Below are positions 1 to 9,088 of a DNA stretch of 55,695 bases, one piece after another (position 1 is the stretch's first letter; every line of letters starts with the position of its first letter). Both the position numbers and the translations under genes were made by a program. The notes beneath the pieces are model-generated. The model was not told where the DNA came from. It saw only the letters and a list, made by a program, of their open reading frames with translations, and ran no database searches. The DNA comes from Candidatus Taylorbacteria bacterium RIFCSPHIGHO2_02_FULL_43_32b (GTDB taxonomy: Bacteria; Patescibacteriota; Minisyncoccia; Phycocordibacterales; 2-02-FULL-43-11). The stretch covers positions 1 to 55,695 of the forward strand of contig MHRK01000047.1 of assembly GCA_001820955.1 (NCBI GenBank), given 5' to 3'.

Positions 1-309
1 GTCATGCGCGGCGACAGAAAGGGGTTTTGCCATATCCCTAGTATAGACGAGACGCGATAATGTGTCCACGGGTTAATTGGGGATAGTATAAAGCACGGCA
101 ATACTCATAAATTGAGCAATAAAATTATGAATATTAATGTTTCTGATATGCTCCACGCTTTACGCTAAACGCTTTACCTGCCCGCCAAAGGGAGAGCCGA
201 TGTTCCGTTGCGGTACAACCTTCGGATAGTAATTTTTTCTCAACAGCCGTCCATAACTTTCCGTCCTTTGGCGATGGCGGGCGGGCACTCCGTATCTTAT
301 AATTGCCCA

Positions 310-900
310 GTGTATACGATTTACTCTACAGAAGGCATAATTCTTCGGGCCTCCAATTCCGGAGAGGATGACAGGTCGTACTTGATTTTTACAAAAGATT
401 TCGGTTTGCTGAAGGCAGAGGGAAGAAGTGTTCGAAAACTGCAATCAAAACTGAGGTATTCGCTTCAGACCTATTCATTTGTCGATGTTTCTTTGGTGAG
501 AGGAAGGGGCAAATGGAAAATCGCCAGTTGCGTTTTGAAGCGAAATTTTTTTTCGGACATGAATGGTCAAGTTGGAGCCAAAATTATTTTAGCCAGAATT
601 TGCGCGCTTGTGCTTAGGTTGGTACAGGGGGAAGAGCGAAATGAGGCTTTATTCAACAATTTATTAAGCGGTATTTTTTTTCTTGTAGACAAAAAACCCG
701 AGGGAAATTTTCTTCGCAATGTCGAATACTTGCTCGCCTTACGCGTTCTTCATTCTCTTGGTTATTTGGGGGAGGAACCTATTTGGAAAGCTTTTACGGA
801 AACGTCCTTGTTCGAAACGGATTTGTTGATGAAAATCGATCTTGCCAAAAGGGAGGTTTTAAGCACAATTAATAGTTCGTTAAGAGAGACCCACCTCTAG
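310..900 (+). CDS. recO: DNA repair protein RecO (CPR-type)
   Basis: N-terminal 'TEGIIL...GEDDR...FTKDFGLLKAEGRSVRKLQSKLR' matches the RecO OB-fold pattern. The ORF track starts at 208, but in-frame GTG 310 fits the family N-terminus better. Confidence 0.8.
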   Translation: MYTIYSTEGIILRASNSGEDDRSYLIFTKDFGLLKAEGRSVRKLQSKLRYSLQTYSFVDVSLVRGRGKWKIASCVLKRNFFSDMNGQVGAKIILARICALVLRLVQGEERNEALFNNLLSGIFFLVDKKPEGNFLRNVEYLLALRVLHSLGYLGEEPIWKAFTETSLFETDLLMKIDLAKREVLSTINSSLRETHL

Positions 901-1020
901 TTGCATGAGAACAAAAAATCAGAAAAACTGATTGATGCCCTATGGTATAATAACCATGCATTTTGCCCGAAGCCCGGTTGGGTTTGGCAATTTGTCGATT
1001 TTTTAATTTTAATTTGACAC

Positions 1021-2967
1021 ATGCCTCCGGATTATTCTAAAAAGGGCGATGAATCAGAGAAAAGTAAGCAAATGAAAAGCCGTCTTGAAGCTTTGGAAGA
1101 CAGTGTATATTCACCGCGTTTCAAAGAAAATAGACAAAACGACGCACCAATAAGAAGCGTTCCATTTGCGGTTAGGAGAGATTGGAATCAAGAAGAAGAA
1201 AAAAAGGAGTCTGTGCCCGAAACCGTGTCTTCAAGAAATACTTACGCAATTTTAAAACAAATACTGATCGGCTCAGTGGTGCTTTTTTTCGCATCTTTGG
1301 GAGTCGCTGCTTACGTGTTCTGGGGAGGCAGTAATATAATTTCTACCAAGAATATTCTAATCAGTCTGAACACTCCATCTTCCGTAGCTGGGGGTGAAAA
1401 ATTGCCGGTTGAGATTTCAATTATTAACCAGAACAATGTGGCTCTCTTGACCGCGGAGGTTTTGGTTGAATACGGAGATGGCGGTAGGGAACCGGAAGAC
1501 CTTTCGAAAGAGTTAAGGCGTTACAGAGAGGCCATTGGGCCGATAGAAATAAACGGCAATATAAACAAAAAGTACGAAGTGGTCTTCTTTGGCGAAGAGG
1601 GGGAATCCAAGGAAATAAAAGTTACGCTTGAGTATCGAGTGAAAGGTTCAAACGCAATTTTCAAGAAAACTGAGACACAACTTGTTTCTCTTTCGTCTGC
1701 TCCGGTGTCGGTGTCAGTTGAAAGTGCGAAAGAGATTAGTGTGGGTGATGAGGCGGTATTTACTGTTAAGCTTTCTGCAAATACTTCTGAAATATTAAAT
1801 AACCCAATGATTACGGCCGATTTTCCATTCGGGTTTCAGTTTACATCGGCCGATCCGAGGCCTGTTTATGGAAATAATGTTTGGGATCTTGGCGATTTAC
1901 AGCCCGGATCGTCGAGGACTATCACTATACGCGGTAAATTTGGGGGCACGGCCGGAGAGGAAAGGTCAATGCGTTTTATTGTCGGTTCGAAAGATCCAAG
2001 AGATGCGAGAAAGATAGGTGTCATTTTCCTGGCCAAAACATTTACCGTCACACTTTCGAGGCCAAATATCGCATTGGATTTGTCTTTGGCGGGGAAACGG
2101 GACATGGAAGTGTCGGTCAAAGCCGGGAACGACATCAGAACAGATGTAATTTTTACCAACAATCTCGACACAAAAATTTCCAATATTGTTGTGGAAGTAA
2201 GGCCGAGAGGAACTATTTTTGACAGAAACTCCGTTAGCGTGACCGGAGGGTTTTATCGTTCAATTGATGGCACTGTAGTTTGGGACCAGTCGACGGCGAA
2301 GTCTTTGGAGGAATTGGGTCCGGGTGAATCGGGTTCCTTAACATTTTCTTTTAGTACTCTTCGCTCTGCCATTGGAGGGAGAACTCCGACTATGACGGTC
2401 GAAGCGACTATCACGGGAAATAAAATGTCTGAGGGCGAGATTGGCCAAATTCGTTCGACTGTCACAAAAACCGTAAAGATTGCCTCTGAAATGTCGGCAT
2501 CGGCAAAAATTTTGTACAGCACCGGACCGTTTTCGAATACAGGTCCTGTGCCTCCCATTGCGGAACAAGAAACAACTTACACAGTGATGCTTGGAGTTAC
2601 GAACAGTACCAATGATTTGTCCGATGTTCAGGTGGTGACCAGTCTGCCGATTTATGCCACCTGGCTCAACAAAATCAGCCCGGAATTTGAAGTTTTGAAA
2701 TACAATCCGGCTGGCGGCGGAATTGTATGGGACGTTAATGATTTGGGTGCCGGAGAAACAAGAGAAGTTTATTTCCAGGTTTCTTTTCTGCCGAGTATCA
2801 ACCAGATCGGATTTAGTCCGGATCTCATAAAAGAGGTTCGTGCCTCAGGTTACGATAGTTTTACTGGTACGACACTCCAAGTTTCTCCGAGCGAGCGAAA
2901 TTATGACATTAGGCTTGTCGATGACTCGGCATATTCGAGCAAGGGCGGACCGGTGAAGAGAAATTAA
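1021..2967 (+). CDS. Membrane-anchored protein with Ig-like/DUF11-like beta-sandwich repeats
   Basis: One N-terminal TM helix (ILIGSVVLFFASLGVAAYVFWGG) followed by repeated 'W.lg.L.pG' beta-rich domains. Confidence 0.6.
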   Translation: MPPDYSKKGDESEKSKQMKSRLEALEDSVYSPRFKENRQNDAPIRSVPFAVRRDWNQEEEKKESVPETVSSRNTYAILKQILIGSVVLFFASLGVAAYVFWGGSNIISTKNILISLNTPSSVAGGEKLPVEISIINQNNVALLTAEVLVEYGDGGREPEDLSKELRRYREAIGPIEINGNINKKYEVVFFGEEGESKEIKVTLEYRVKGSNAIFKKTETQLVSLSSAPVSVSVESAKEISVGDEAVFTVKLSANTSEILNNPMITADFPFGFQFTSADPRPVYGNNVWDLGDLQPGSSRTITIRGKFGGTAGEERSMRFIVGSKDPRDARKIGVIFLAKTFTVTLSRPNIALDLSLAGKRDMEVSVKAGNDIRTDVIFTNNLDTKISNIVVEVRPRGTIFDRNSVSVTGGFYRSIDGTVVWDQSTAKSLEELGPGESGSLTFSFSTLRSAIGGRTPTMTVEATITGNKMSEGEIGQIRSTVTKTVKIASEMSASAKILYSTGPFSNTGPVPPIAEQETTYTVMLGVTNSTNDLSDVQVVTSLPIYATWLNKISPEFEVLKYNPAGGGIVWDVNDLGAGETREVYFQVSFLPSINQIGFSPDLIKEVRASGYDSFTGTTLQVSPSERNYDIRLVDDSAYSSKGGPVKRN

Positions 2968-3117
2968 AAAAGAGGTGAGTATTGAAGCGAATAATTTTAC
3001 ATTTTGATTTTTTAAGTTTACATTAGCGATATGTCACTACCAGAAGATTGGACCCGTCCCGTTAGAAGTTTGGCGAACAAGGCTCTAAAGTAAATTTGTA
3101 AACTGATTTTAAATATC

Positions 3118-4524
3118 ATGGTTAACAAGCAAGTAAGTGATATTCCTAATGGGATGGAAAAAATAATCTCGCTTTGCAAAAGGCGGGGATTCATTTACCA
3201 GGGTTCGGAAATCTACGGCGGATTGGCAGGAATGTATGATTTTGGTCCTTATGGGGTTGAGTTACTTAACAAAATAAAAGCTTCATGGTGGAAAGAACAC
3301 GTTTATAACAGGGATAATTATGTAGGGTTGGATTCTGCCATATTTAAAGACCCTAGGGTTTGGGAAGCATCCGGACACACGAAGGGTTTTGCTGATCCGT
3401 TGTCGGAATGCAAGAGATGCAACACCCGCATTCGGGTCGACAAAGAACTGGAGGAAATTGGCGTTGTCGCCGATGAGAAGATGAGTGAAGCAAAGCTTAA
3501 CGAACTCTTTAGTGCAAATAAATCTAAAATAAAATGCCCTCAATGCGGCGCTCGTGATTTTACGGAGGTTAGGGCATTTAACTTGCTGGTAAAATCTAAC
3601 CTGGGCGATTTTACAAGTACGGGTGAGCGTCCGGTTTACCTCCCGGGTGAAGCCTGTCAGGGAATTTATCTCAATTACAAAAATATATTGAATTCAACGC
3701 GCGTAAAAGTTCCATTTGGTGTGGCCCAAATCGGTAAAGCTTTCCGAAACGAAATTTCGCCTCGAAATTTCCTATTTCGGACGCGGGAATTTGAACAAGC
3801 TGATACTCAGTTGTTTATTCGCCCTCACGAGAATAAGGAGGCGTATGAGCGGATGAAAAAAGAAAGATGGGATTGGTACCTTAGTCTGGGTATACGGGCA
3901 GAAAATCTGAAATGGAAACAGCACGAAAATTTGGTGTTTTATGCCTCCGATGCTTGGGATATTTTGTACAATTTTCCTACCTACGGATTTGATGAGGTGG
4001 AAGGCATTCACGATCGAACTGATTATGATCTCACTCAACATATGAAGTACTCAGGGGTAGATTTGAGTTATACCGATCCACAAACAAAGGAAAAATTTAT
4101 TCCCTGGATTCTTGAGACATCAATGGGTTTAGGGCGAGTGTTCCTTGCGGTTCTTTCGGACGCCTACACTGAAGATCTGCTAGGGGGGGAGCCGCGTATT
4201 GTACTCAAATTGGCTGGCCATCTTGCTCCGGTAAAAGTAGCGGTTTTCCCTCTTCTTAGAAACAAGCCCGAACTTGTTCAAAAGGCGGAAGAAGTTCATC
4301 GCATGCTGAAAGGAAAAATTGCTGGCCTCGTGGAATTCGACGATAACGGCAACATCGGCAAGCGCTACCGCCGCCAGGACGAGATAGGAACGCCATATTG
4401 CGTGACGATCGATTTCGATTCTTTGGAGAAGGGCGACGTTACGGTACGCGACAGAGATAACGGAAAACAGGATAGGATAAAAATTGATGAGCTCGCCGCT
4501 TTTTTCAAGCAGAAATTCAGTTAG
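3118..4524 (+). CDS. glyQS: Glycine--tRNA ligase (homodimeric type)
   Basis: Motifs 'LCKRRGFIYQGSEIYGG', 'FRNEISPRNFLFRTREFEQ' and 'IGKRYRRQDEIGTPYCVTID'. Confidence 0.96.
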   Translation: MVNKQVSDIPNGMEKIISLCKRRGFIYQGSEIYGGLAGMYDFGPYGVELLNKIKASWWKEHVYNRDNYVGLDSAIFKDPRVWEASGHTKGFADPLSECKRCNTRIRVDKELEEIGVVADEKMSEAKLNELFSANKSKIKCPQCGARDFTEVRAFNLLVKSNLGDFTSTGERPVYLPGEACQGIYLNYKNILNSTRVKVPFGVAQIGKAFRNEISPRNFLFRTREFEQADTQLFIRPHENKEAYERMKKERWDWYLSLGIRAENLKWKQHENLVFYASDAWDILYNFPTYGFDEVEGIHDRTDYDLTQHMKYSGVDLSYTDPQTKEKFIPWILETSMGLGRVFLAVLSDAYTEDLLGGEPRIVLKLAGHLAPVKVAVFPLLRNKPELVQKAEEVHRMLKGKIAGLVEFDDNGNIGKRYRRQDEIGTPYCVTIDFDSLEKGDVTVRDRDNGKQDRIKIDELAAFFKQKFS

Positions 4525-4707
4525 AGCCTGTTCACAATCTAATGCCCAGGCCAAACTTTAAAATTTCGAGCGAAAATTTCACAATTCGACGAGGCATATC
4601 GAGATATGTCGAGGAGAAGTGGGTAATTTGCAGCCGAAATTTTAAAGTTTGGGCGGGCAAGCGATGTGTTTCAGCATACTCTTGCGGTTAGATTGTGAGC
4701 AGTCTCT
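4523..4707. mobile_element. MITE-like element with terminal inverted repeats
   Basis: AGAGCCTGTTCACAATCTAA and TTAGATTGTGAGCAGTCTCT are 18/20 complementary. There is a long internal hairpin, and a 27-bp core recurs inverted at 32378-32404. Confidence 0.6.
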
Positions 4708-4752
4708 CAGATTCCATTTTTAGGTGTTTTGCGCTAGTCTTTGGACTAGCTT

Positions 4753-4980
4753 ATGAACAGCGTTCATTGTTGGGAAATGCGTGGAGATTTTGAATTCAAA
4801 CTGGACCACTCCATTTTCTATTTCAGTGCTGTGCGTGTTCGCAAACCTTTTAGCGCTGAAGTGTTCAGGATATACAAGCAGGGGAACGACGCCACAGAGT
4901 CTAACTTATGCGATATGACTTTCAAAATGGATGATGTCCTTGAGATTAGATACGATGGCAATCGAGTTTGGCCAGTTTAG
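4753..4980 (+). CDS. Hypothetical protein, 75 aa
   Basis: ATG-started ORF between the MITE-like element and the DGR, with no recognisable motif. Confidence 0.4.
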   Translation: MNSVHCWEMRGDFEFKLDHSIFYFSAVRVRKPFSAEVFRIYKQGNDATESNLCDMTFKMDDVLEIRYDGNRVWPV

Positions 4981-5069
4981 ACGACCAAGGTGATTCCTTG
5001 GTTTTTTGTTGGTGGGAAGTCTTTTAATTGGTGCTAAATGTTTACAGGCATCTGTAATGCCAAATTTTG

Positions 5070-5098
5070 TTGACAAGTATGGCTAATTATGCTACTCT
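5070..5098 (+). promoter_or_regulatory. Putative sigma70 promoter of the DGR target gene
   Basis: TTGACA (5070-5075), 17-bp spacer, then TGn-TACTCT. Confidence 0.5.
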
Positions 5099-5171
5099 TG
5101 TTAGAGCAAGATACCCTTGCGACTGATTCGGCAGATTTCCGAAAGCACATTTAGTAAAGAAAGGAAAAACG

Positions 5172-5870
5172 ATGAACACTGTCATCGACGCAGGATCGGC
5201 CAAATTGGCTGGCTTGCAAATCGACACCCTCTCGAAATATCGGGCGGGTCAGCTCACTCTCGATCAATGGGAGCGGTTCAACAACCTCTCTCCGGATGAT
5301 CGGGAAGCACGTTTCGGCGATTGGAAGAAGCCGGAGCCCCGACGCCAAGAGGCGCCTGCGGAACCCACCGAAAAGTTCGCTCTGCTCGTGGACCTCGGCA
5401 TCATTACGGTGCCCGATGATTACGTGCACGACAAGCGGCTCACGAAGTTCGGTAAGCAGAACCGCAAAAAGTTCTATTACTACAGCGACGAGATCACCGA
5501 CAAGAACTTCCCGAATCCGACTCGGGTCCTGAAGCCTGGCGACAAGCTCCGCGTTCGCGCGTTCAAGCAAATCGTCCCCGGCACGACCACCTCGGAAGAG
5601 CGTATGGCGTTCTTGGCAACGGAAAAGGCCATCCACACCGGCGCACAAGGTGCGTCCCTCGTCTTTGATCAGAAGCGCGATCAACTGCCGAAAGGTAAGT
5701 GGTATACTTCCTTCGATGAAAAGGATCGTCTCTGGGCAGATGCCGACGGCTACCACGAGGTGCCGCTCGTGCTCTGCTACTCGGGCGGTGGCTTCCAGTT
5801 TCCCCTTGGCGTCTTCGAGAATGTCTGGGACGACGGCTATGCCTTCCTCTGCTTCTGCGACGTCGAGTAG
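5172..5870 (+). CDS. DGR target (variable) protein, 232 aa, with C-terminal VR
   Basis: The last ~40 codons are the VR. AAGGA-like RBS upstream. Visibly more GC-rich than the flanking genes. Confidence 0.92.
   Translation: MNTVIDAGSAKLAGLQIDTLSKYRAGQLTLDQWERFNNLSPDDREARFGDWKKPEPRRQEAPAEPTEKFALLVDLGIITVPDDYVHDKRLTKFGKQNRKKFYYYSDEITDKNFPNPTRVLKPGDKLRVRAFKQIVPGTTTSEERMAFLATEKAIHTGAQGASLVFDQKRDQLPKGKWYTSFDEKDRLWADADGYHEVPLVLCYSGGGFQFPLGVFENVWDDGYAFLCFCDVE
5740..5861 (+). repeat. DGR variable repeat (VR)
   Basis: 122-bp ungapped match to 6234-6355 with 19 mismatches, 18 of them opposite TR adenines. Confidence 0.96.
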
Positions 5871-5918
5871 CCCTTGGAAACTTGGGCACTCAGTTTGTTC
5901 TTCGGGTCCTTAGACCCT

Positions 5919-5955
5919 TTGAGCCCTTGCTTCACCGCGAGGGCTCAATTTTTTT
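5919..5955 (+). terminator. Hairpin plus T-tract downstream of VR (terminator and/or DGR homing hairpin)
   Basis: TTGAGCCCTTGC-ttcacc-GCGAGGGCTCAA followed by T7. Confidence 0.65.
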
Positions 5956-6233
5956 ATATAAATTTTGTATAATATTGTCCGGAACCTAGATAGCGCATGC
6001 GGCCACGGTTTCATGCCATCGAATTCTCGTTTAAGGAATCAGCGAGCGGTCCGTCGGGTAACCCAGTAGGTCATTCTGCTGAATGAGCTTTACGGACGAG
6101 TGCTACCTTTCATGAAAAAATCAAATAAGTCGGTGCGATGTGCCAGCGAGTATAAGACTCGGAATAAAATTCAAAGGGGAGCTGGTGCTCTTCTTGGTGA
6201 GATAGACGGCGCGTCGTACATTGCTGATGAGGT

Positions 6234-6355
6234 ATGCCGACGGCAACCACAAGGTGCCGAACGTGAACTGCAACTCGGACGGTGACTTCAAGTTCAACCT
6301 TGGCAACTTCGAGAATGTCTGGAACGACGACAATGCCTTCCTCTGCTTCTGCAAC
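6234..6355 (+). repeat. DGR template repeat (TR)
   Basis: AAC-rich copy of the VR (AAC CAC AAG GTG CCG AAC GTG AAC TGC AAC...). Confidence 0.96.
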
Positions 6356-6372
6356 TCAAATGATTTCTCCCA

Positions 6373-6714
6373 CTACTTGTTAGTGGGAGTTTTGTCTCCA
6401 AGGTTTTTCTTCCATCCACCAAGCATGCGCCCGACCTCATCCAATAGTAAAATGAGAGCACCGTAACTTTTATGGTCAATGACTTTATGTTCCCAGCTTA
6501 ACTGTAGAAAGAATTTGAGAAGATCAGCTTTTGCGATAGCCTGGGATACCAGGGATAGTTTCTCGAATTTGTCATAGGCAAAACAACCTCTGAATATCAG
6601 TTCGAGAAGTGAGAGGAAAATATCATCAACTTTTGCACCGATCGTATAGCGATCGACACGTTTTAAATTTGCGATTGAGCTATGCCACGCTTGATAAGCT
6701 TCTTTCGCACGCAC
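6373..6714 (-). CDS. avd: Avd-like accessory variability determinant (four-helix bundle); 5' end possibly frameshifted at G11
   Basis: 'DRYTIG...LLELI...LLKFFLQL...Y......LDEVGRMLGGW' is the Avd/four-helix-bundle pattern, and the gene lies between TR and RT. Confidence 0.85.
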   Translation of the reverse strand: MRAKEAYQAWHSSIANLKRVDRYTIGAKVDDIFLSLLELIFRGCFAYDKFEKLSLVSQAIAKADLLKFFLQLSWEHKVIDHKSYGALILLLDEVGRMLGGWKKNLGDKTPTNK

Positions 6715-6745
6715 AAGAACAAGCGGGATTGTTGCGGGGGGGGGG

Positions 6746-7759
6746 GTGACTTACTGGTTTATTCTGCTCGTCATGTTTACTCATACATACAATTCTATCA
6801 TTACGATTGAAAATTTACTCCTGACGTGGGAAAGGTTTTTGCGCGGCAAAAAGCACAAAAAGGATGTAATTAAATTTCAGGCCGAGCTGGCAACAAATAT
6901 AGCCAGCCTTTATGCAGACCTCAAAAACAAAACCTACATTCACGGTCCATATTCAGCGTTCAATATTTCTGATCCAAAGCCTCGCAACATCCACAAAGCA
7001 ACAGTGCGCGATAGAGTGTTGCATCATTTGATTTACAAAGAATTATATTGGCATTTTCATACTAGGTTTATTTATGATTCTTACTCATGCCGAAAGCATA
7101 AGGGAACGCACAAAGCCCTCGATCGTTTCAAGGACTTTGCTCGCAAGGTATCAAAGAATCATACGCGCACATGTTTTGTACTCAAGTGCGATATTAAAAA
7201 GTTTTTTGCGAGTGTTGACCATGCGGTTCTTATAAAAATCCTTGAACGCCATATTGCTGATCCCGATATCCATTGGCTCATAAATCAGGTTATCTCCAGT
7301 TTTCACACAACAGCTCCGGGTGTCGGATTACCGCTTGGTAATCTCACGTCTCAACTTCTCGTGAACGTATACATGCATGAATTTGACATGTACATCAAAC
7401 AGGAATTAAGAGTGAAATATTATTTACGATACGTAGATGATTTTGTGATTATGCATTATGACAAAAAAGTGATCATGGAAGCGTTGCCGAAAGTCCGCGA
7501 TTTTTTGGAAAATCGTCTCAAATTGTCGTTGCATCCGGATAAGGTTTTCATTAAGACGGCGTCTTCGGGCGTCGATTTTCTGGGATGGATTCACTATCCA
7601 AAACATCGAGTTTTGAGAACGGCGACGAAAAAGAGAATGTTGAGAAAGATCACCGCTACTTCTAAGCCAGAGACCGTCGCCTCGTACCTCGGACTTTTAT
7701 CGCACGGTAATTGCTTCAAATTGAGTCAGACGATATCACGTGGTAGACTTGCAAAATGA
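6746..7759 (+). CDS. DGR reverse transcriptase (probable start ATG 6773)
   Basis: Motifs 'RDRVLHH', 'KGTHKA', 'LKCDIKKFFASVDH', 'GLPLGNLTSQ', catalytic 'YVDD' and 'GVDFLG'. No maturase or endonuclease domain. Confidence 0.96.
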   Translation: MTYWFILLVMFTHTYNSIITIENLLLTWERFLRGKKHKKDVIKFQAELATNIASLYADLKNKTYIHGPYSAFNISDPKPRNIHKATVRDRVLHHLIYKELYWHFHTRFIYDSYSCRKHKGTHKALDRFKDFARKVSKNHTRTCFVLKCDIKKFFASVDHAVLIKILERHIADPDIHWLINQVISSFHTTAPGVGLPLGNLTSQLLVNVYMHEFDMYIKQELRVKYYLRYVDDFVIMHYDKKVIMEALPKVRDFLENRLKLSLHPDKVFIKTASSGVDFLGWIHYPKHRVLRTATKKRMLRKITATSKPETVASYLGLLSHGNCFKLSQTISRGRLAK

Positions 7760-9030
7760 ATTTTTCAAAGAAAACTTTGCCAAATGGTCTCCGAATTATC
7801 ACGGTGCCTATGAAAGATAACCCCACTGTCACGGTTTTGGTTTTGGTGGCGGTTGGCTCCAAATATGAGACAAAAGAGATAAACGGTCTTTCTCATTTTT
7901 TGGAACACATGTGTTTTAAAGGTACCAAAAAACGGCCGACAGCACTTCATATTTCGCATGAATTAGACTCTGTCGGGGCTCAATACAATGCTTTTACAGG
8001 GCAGGAATATACGGGTTATTACGCGAAAGCCGCGGCCAAACACGCGCCGCTTCTTGTGGATGTGGTTTCTGATATTTACTTAAACTCAACCCTGCCGGAA
8101 GCCGAAATGGAAAAAGAGAAAGGGGTCATTATCGAGGAAATCAATATGTACAACGACCTTCCTCAGCGAAAAGTTCAGGACATTTTTATGTCCTTGCTTT
8201 ACGGCAATCAGCCGGCGGGGTGGGATATTGCCGGCACAAAAGAGAATGTGTCCAAAATGAAGCGTTCCGATTTTATCGACTACCGCTCAAAATTTTACAC
8301 GGCGCCAGAAACCCTTGTCGTTGTCTCTGGCTCGATAGACGAAAAAGAAATTTTAAAGTTAGTGGAAAAACAATTCCAGTCTTCTTCTCCGAAGAAAGGA
8401 GGAGGGAAGTTGCCCGTAAGCGAAAAACAAGACATGCCCGCTATTTCGAACCAAAAGAAAGAGACCGATCAGACCCATTTTGTTTTGGGGGTCAGGACAT
8501 TCGATGCTTATGCCAAAAAGAATGCGGAATTAAAAGTTTTAACCGGAGTTTTAAGTGGCGGAATGAGTTCTCGTTTGTTTGAGAAGATGCGCAACAAGCT
8601 CGGGATTTGTTACTACGTCAATGCTTCGGAGGATTCGTTTACCGATCACGGATTTTTTTCCGTGTCTGCAGGCGTCAAAAACGAAAGGTTAGTCGAAGCA
8701 ATAAAAGAAATTTTGAAAGAGCTGGCTTCTCTTCGGGACACTTTGGTGCCGGAGAAGGAACTTGCCAAGGTTAAGGATTATCTTGTGGGCGGTATGTATC
8801 TTGGACTCGAGTCGTCGGACTCATTGGCTGAATTTTACGGCTCGCAGGAAATTATCAAAAAACCGCTCAAAAAGCCCGAAGAATTGGCTAAGGAAATCAC
8901 TGAAGTGACGAGCTTACGTATTCGGAATTTGGCTAAAGAGATATTTGTAGACAACAATCTTAACCTGTCATGGATTGGTCCTGAAATGAAGAAGGAGGAC
9001 ATGATCAAAATTCTTTCGTTCGGCAAGTAG
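7756..9030 (+). CDS. M16 (pitrilysin/insulinase) family zinc peptidase
   Basis: HXXEH motif 'HFLEHMCFKGT', plus 'NAFT' and 'SSRLF'. Confidence 0.93.
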   Translation: MNFSKKTLPNGLRIITVPMKDNPTVTVLVLVAVGSKYETKEINGLSHFLEHMCFKGTKKRPTALHISHELDSVGAQYNAFTGQEYTGYYAKAAAKHAPLLVDVVSDIYLNSTLPEAEMEKEKGVIIEEINMYNDLPQRKVQDIFMSLLYGNQPAGWDIAGTKENVSKMKRSDFIDYRSKFYTAPETLVVVSGSIDEKEILKLVEKQFQSSSPKKGGGKLPVSEKQDMPAISNQKKETDQTHFVLGVRTFDAYAKKNAELKVLTGVLSGGMSSRLFEKMRNKLGICYYVNASEDSFTDHGFFSVSAGVKNERLVEAIKEILKELASLRDTLVPEKELAKVKDYLVGGMYLGLESSDSLAEFYGSQEIIKKPLKKPEELAKEITEVTSLRIRNLAKEIFVDNNLNLSWIGPEMKKEDMIKILSFGK

Positions 9031-9088
9031 ACTTTAAGAATAGGCTTCAAGCTTCACAAGCCTCTCTATCCGCGATAGCATATAGGTT

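Larger units (their letters stand above)
5070..7759 (+). mobile_element. Diversity-generating retroelement (target gene with VR, TR, avd, RT)
   Basis: TR/VR pair with adenine-specific mismatches, a DGR-type RT and an Avd-like gene all lie within 2.7 kb. Confidence 0.96.

Noticed and set aside
6221..6466. ORF spanning the TR that resembles the target C-terminus
   Set aside because: It is the open frame expected of a TR, with a weak TTG start and antisense overlap with avd. I do not treat it as a second target gene.
6746..7759. RT as a group II intron or retron RT
   Set aside because: There is no maturase domain or domain V sequence, and the TR/VR pair, Avd and GNLTSQ motif indicate a DGR.
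4523..7759. Prophage or integrative element carrying the DGR
   Set aside because: No integrase, phage structural genes or att-like direct repeats were visible around the cassette.
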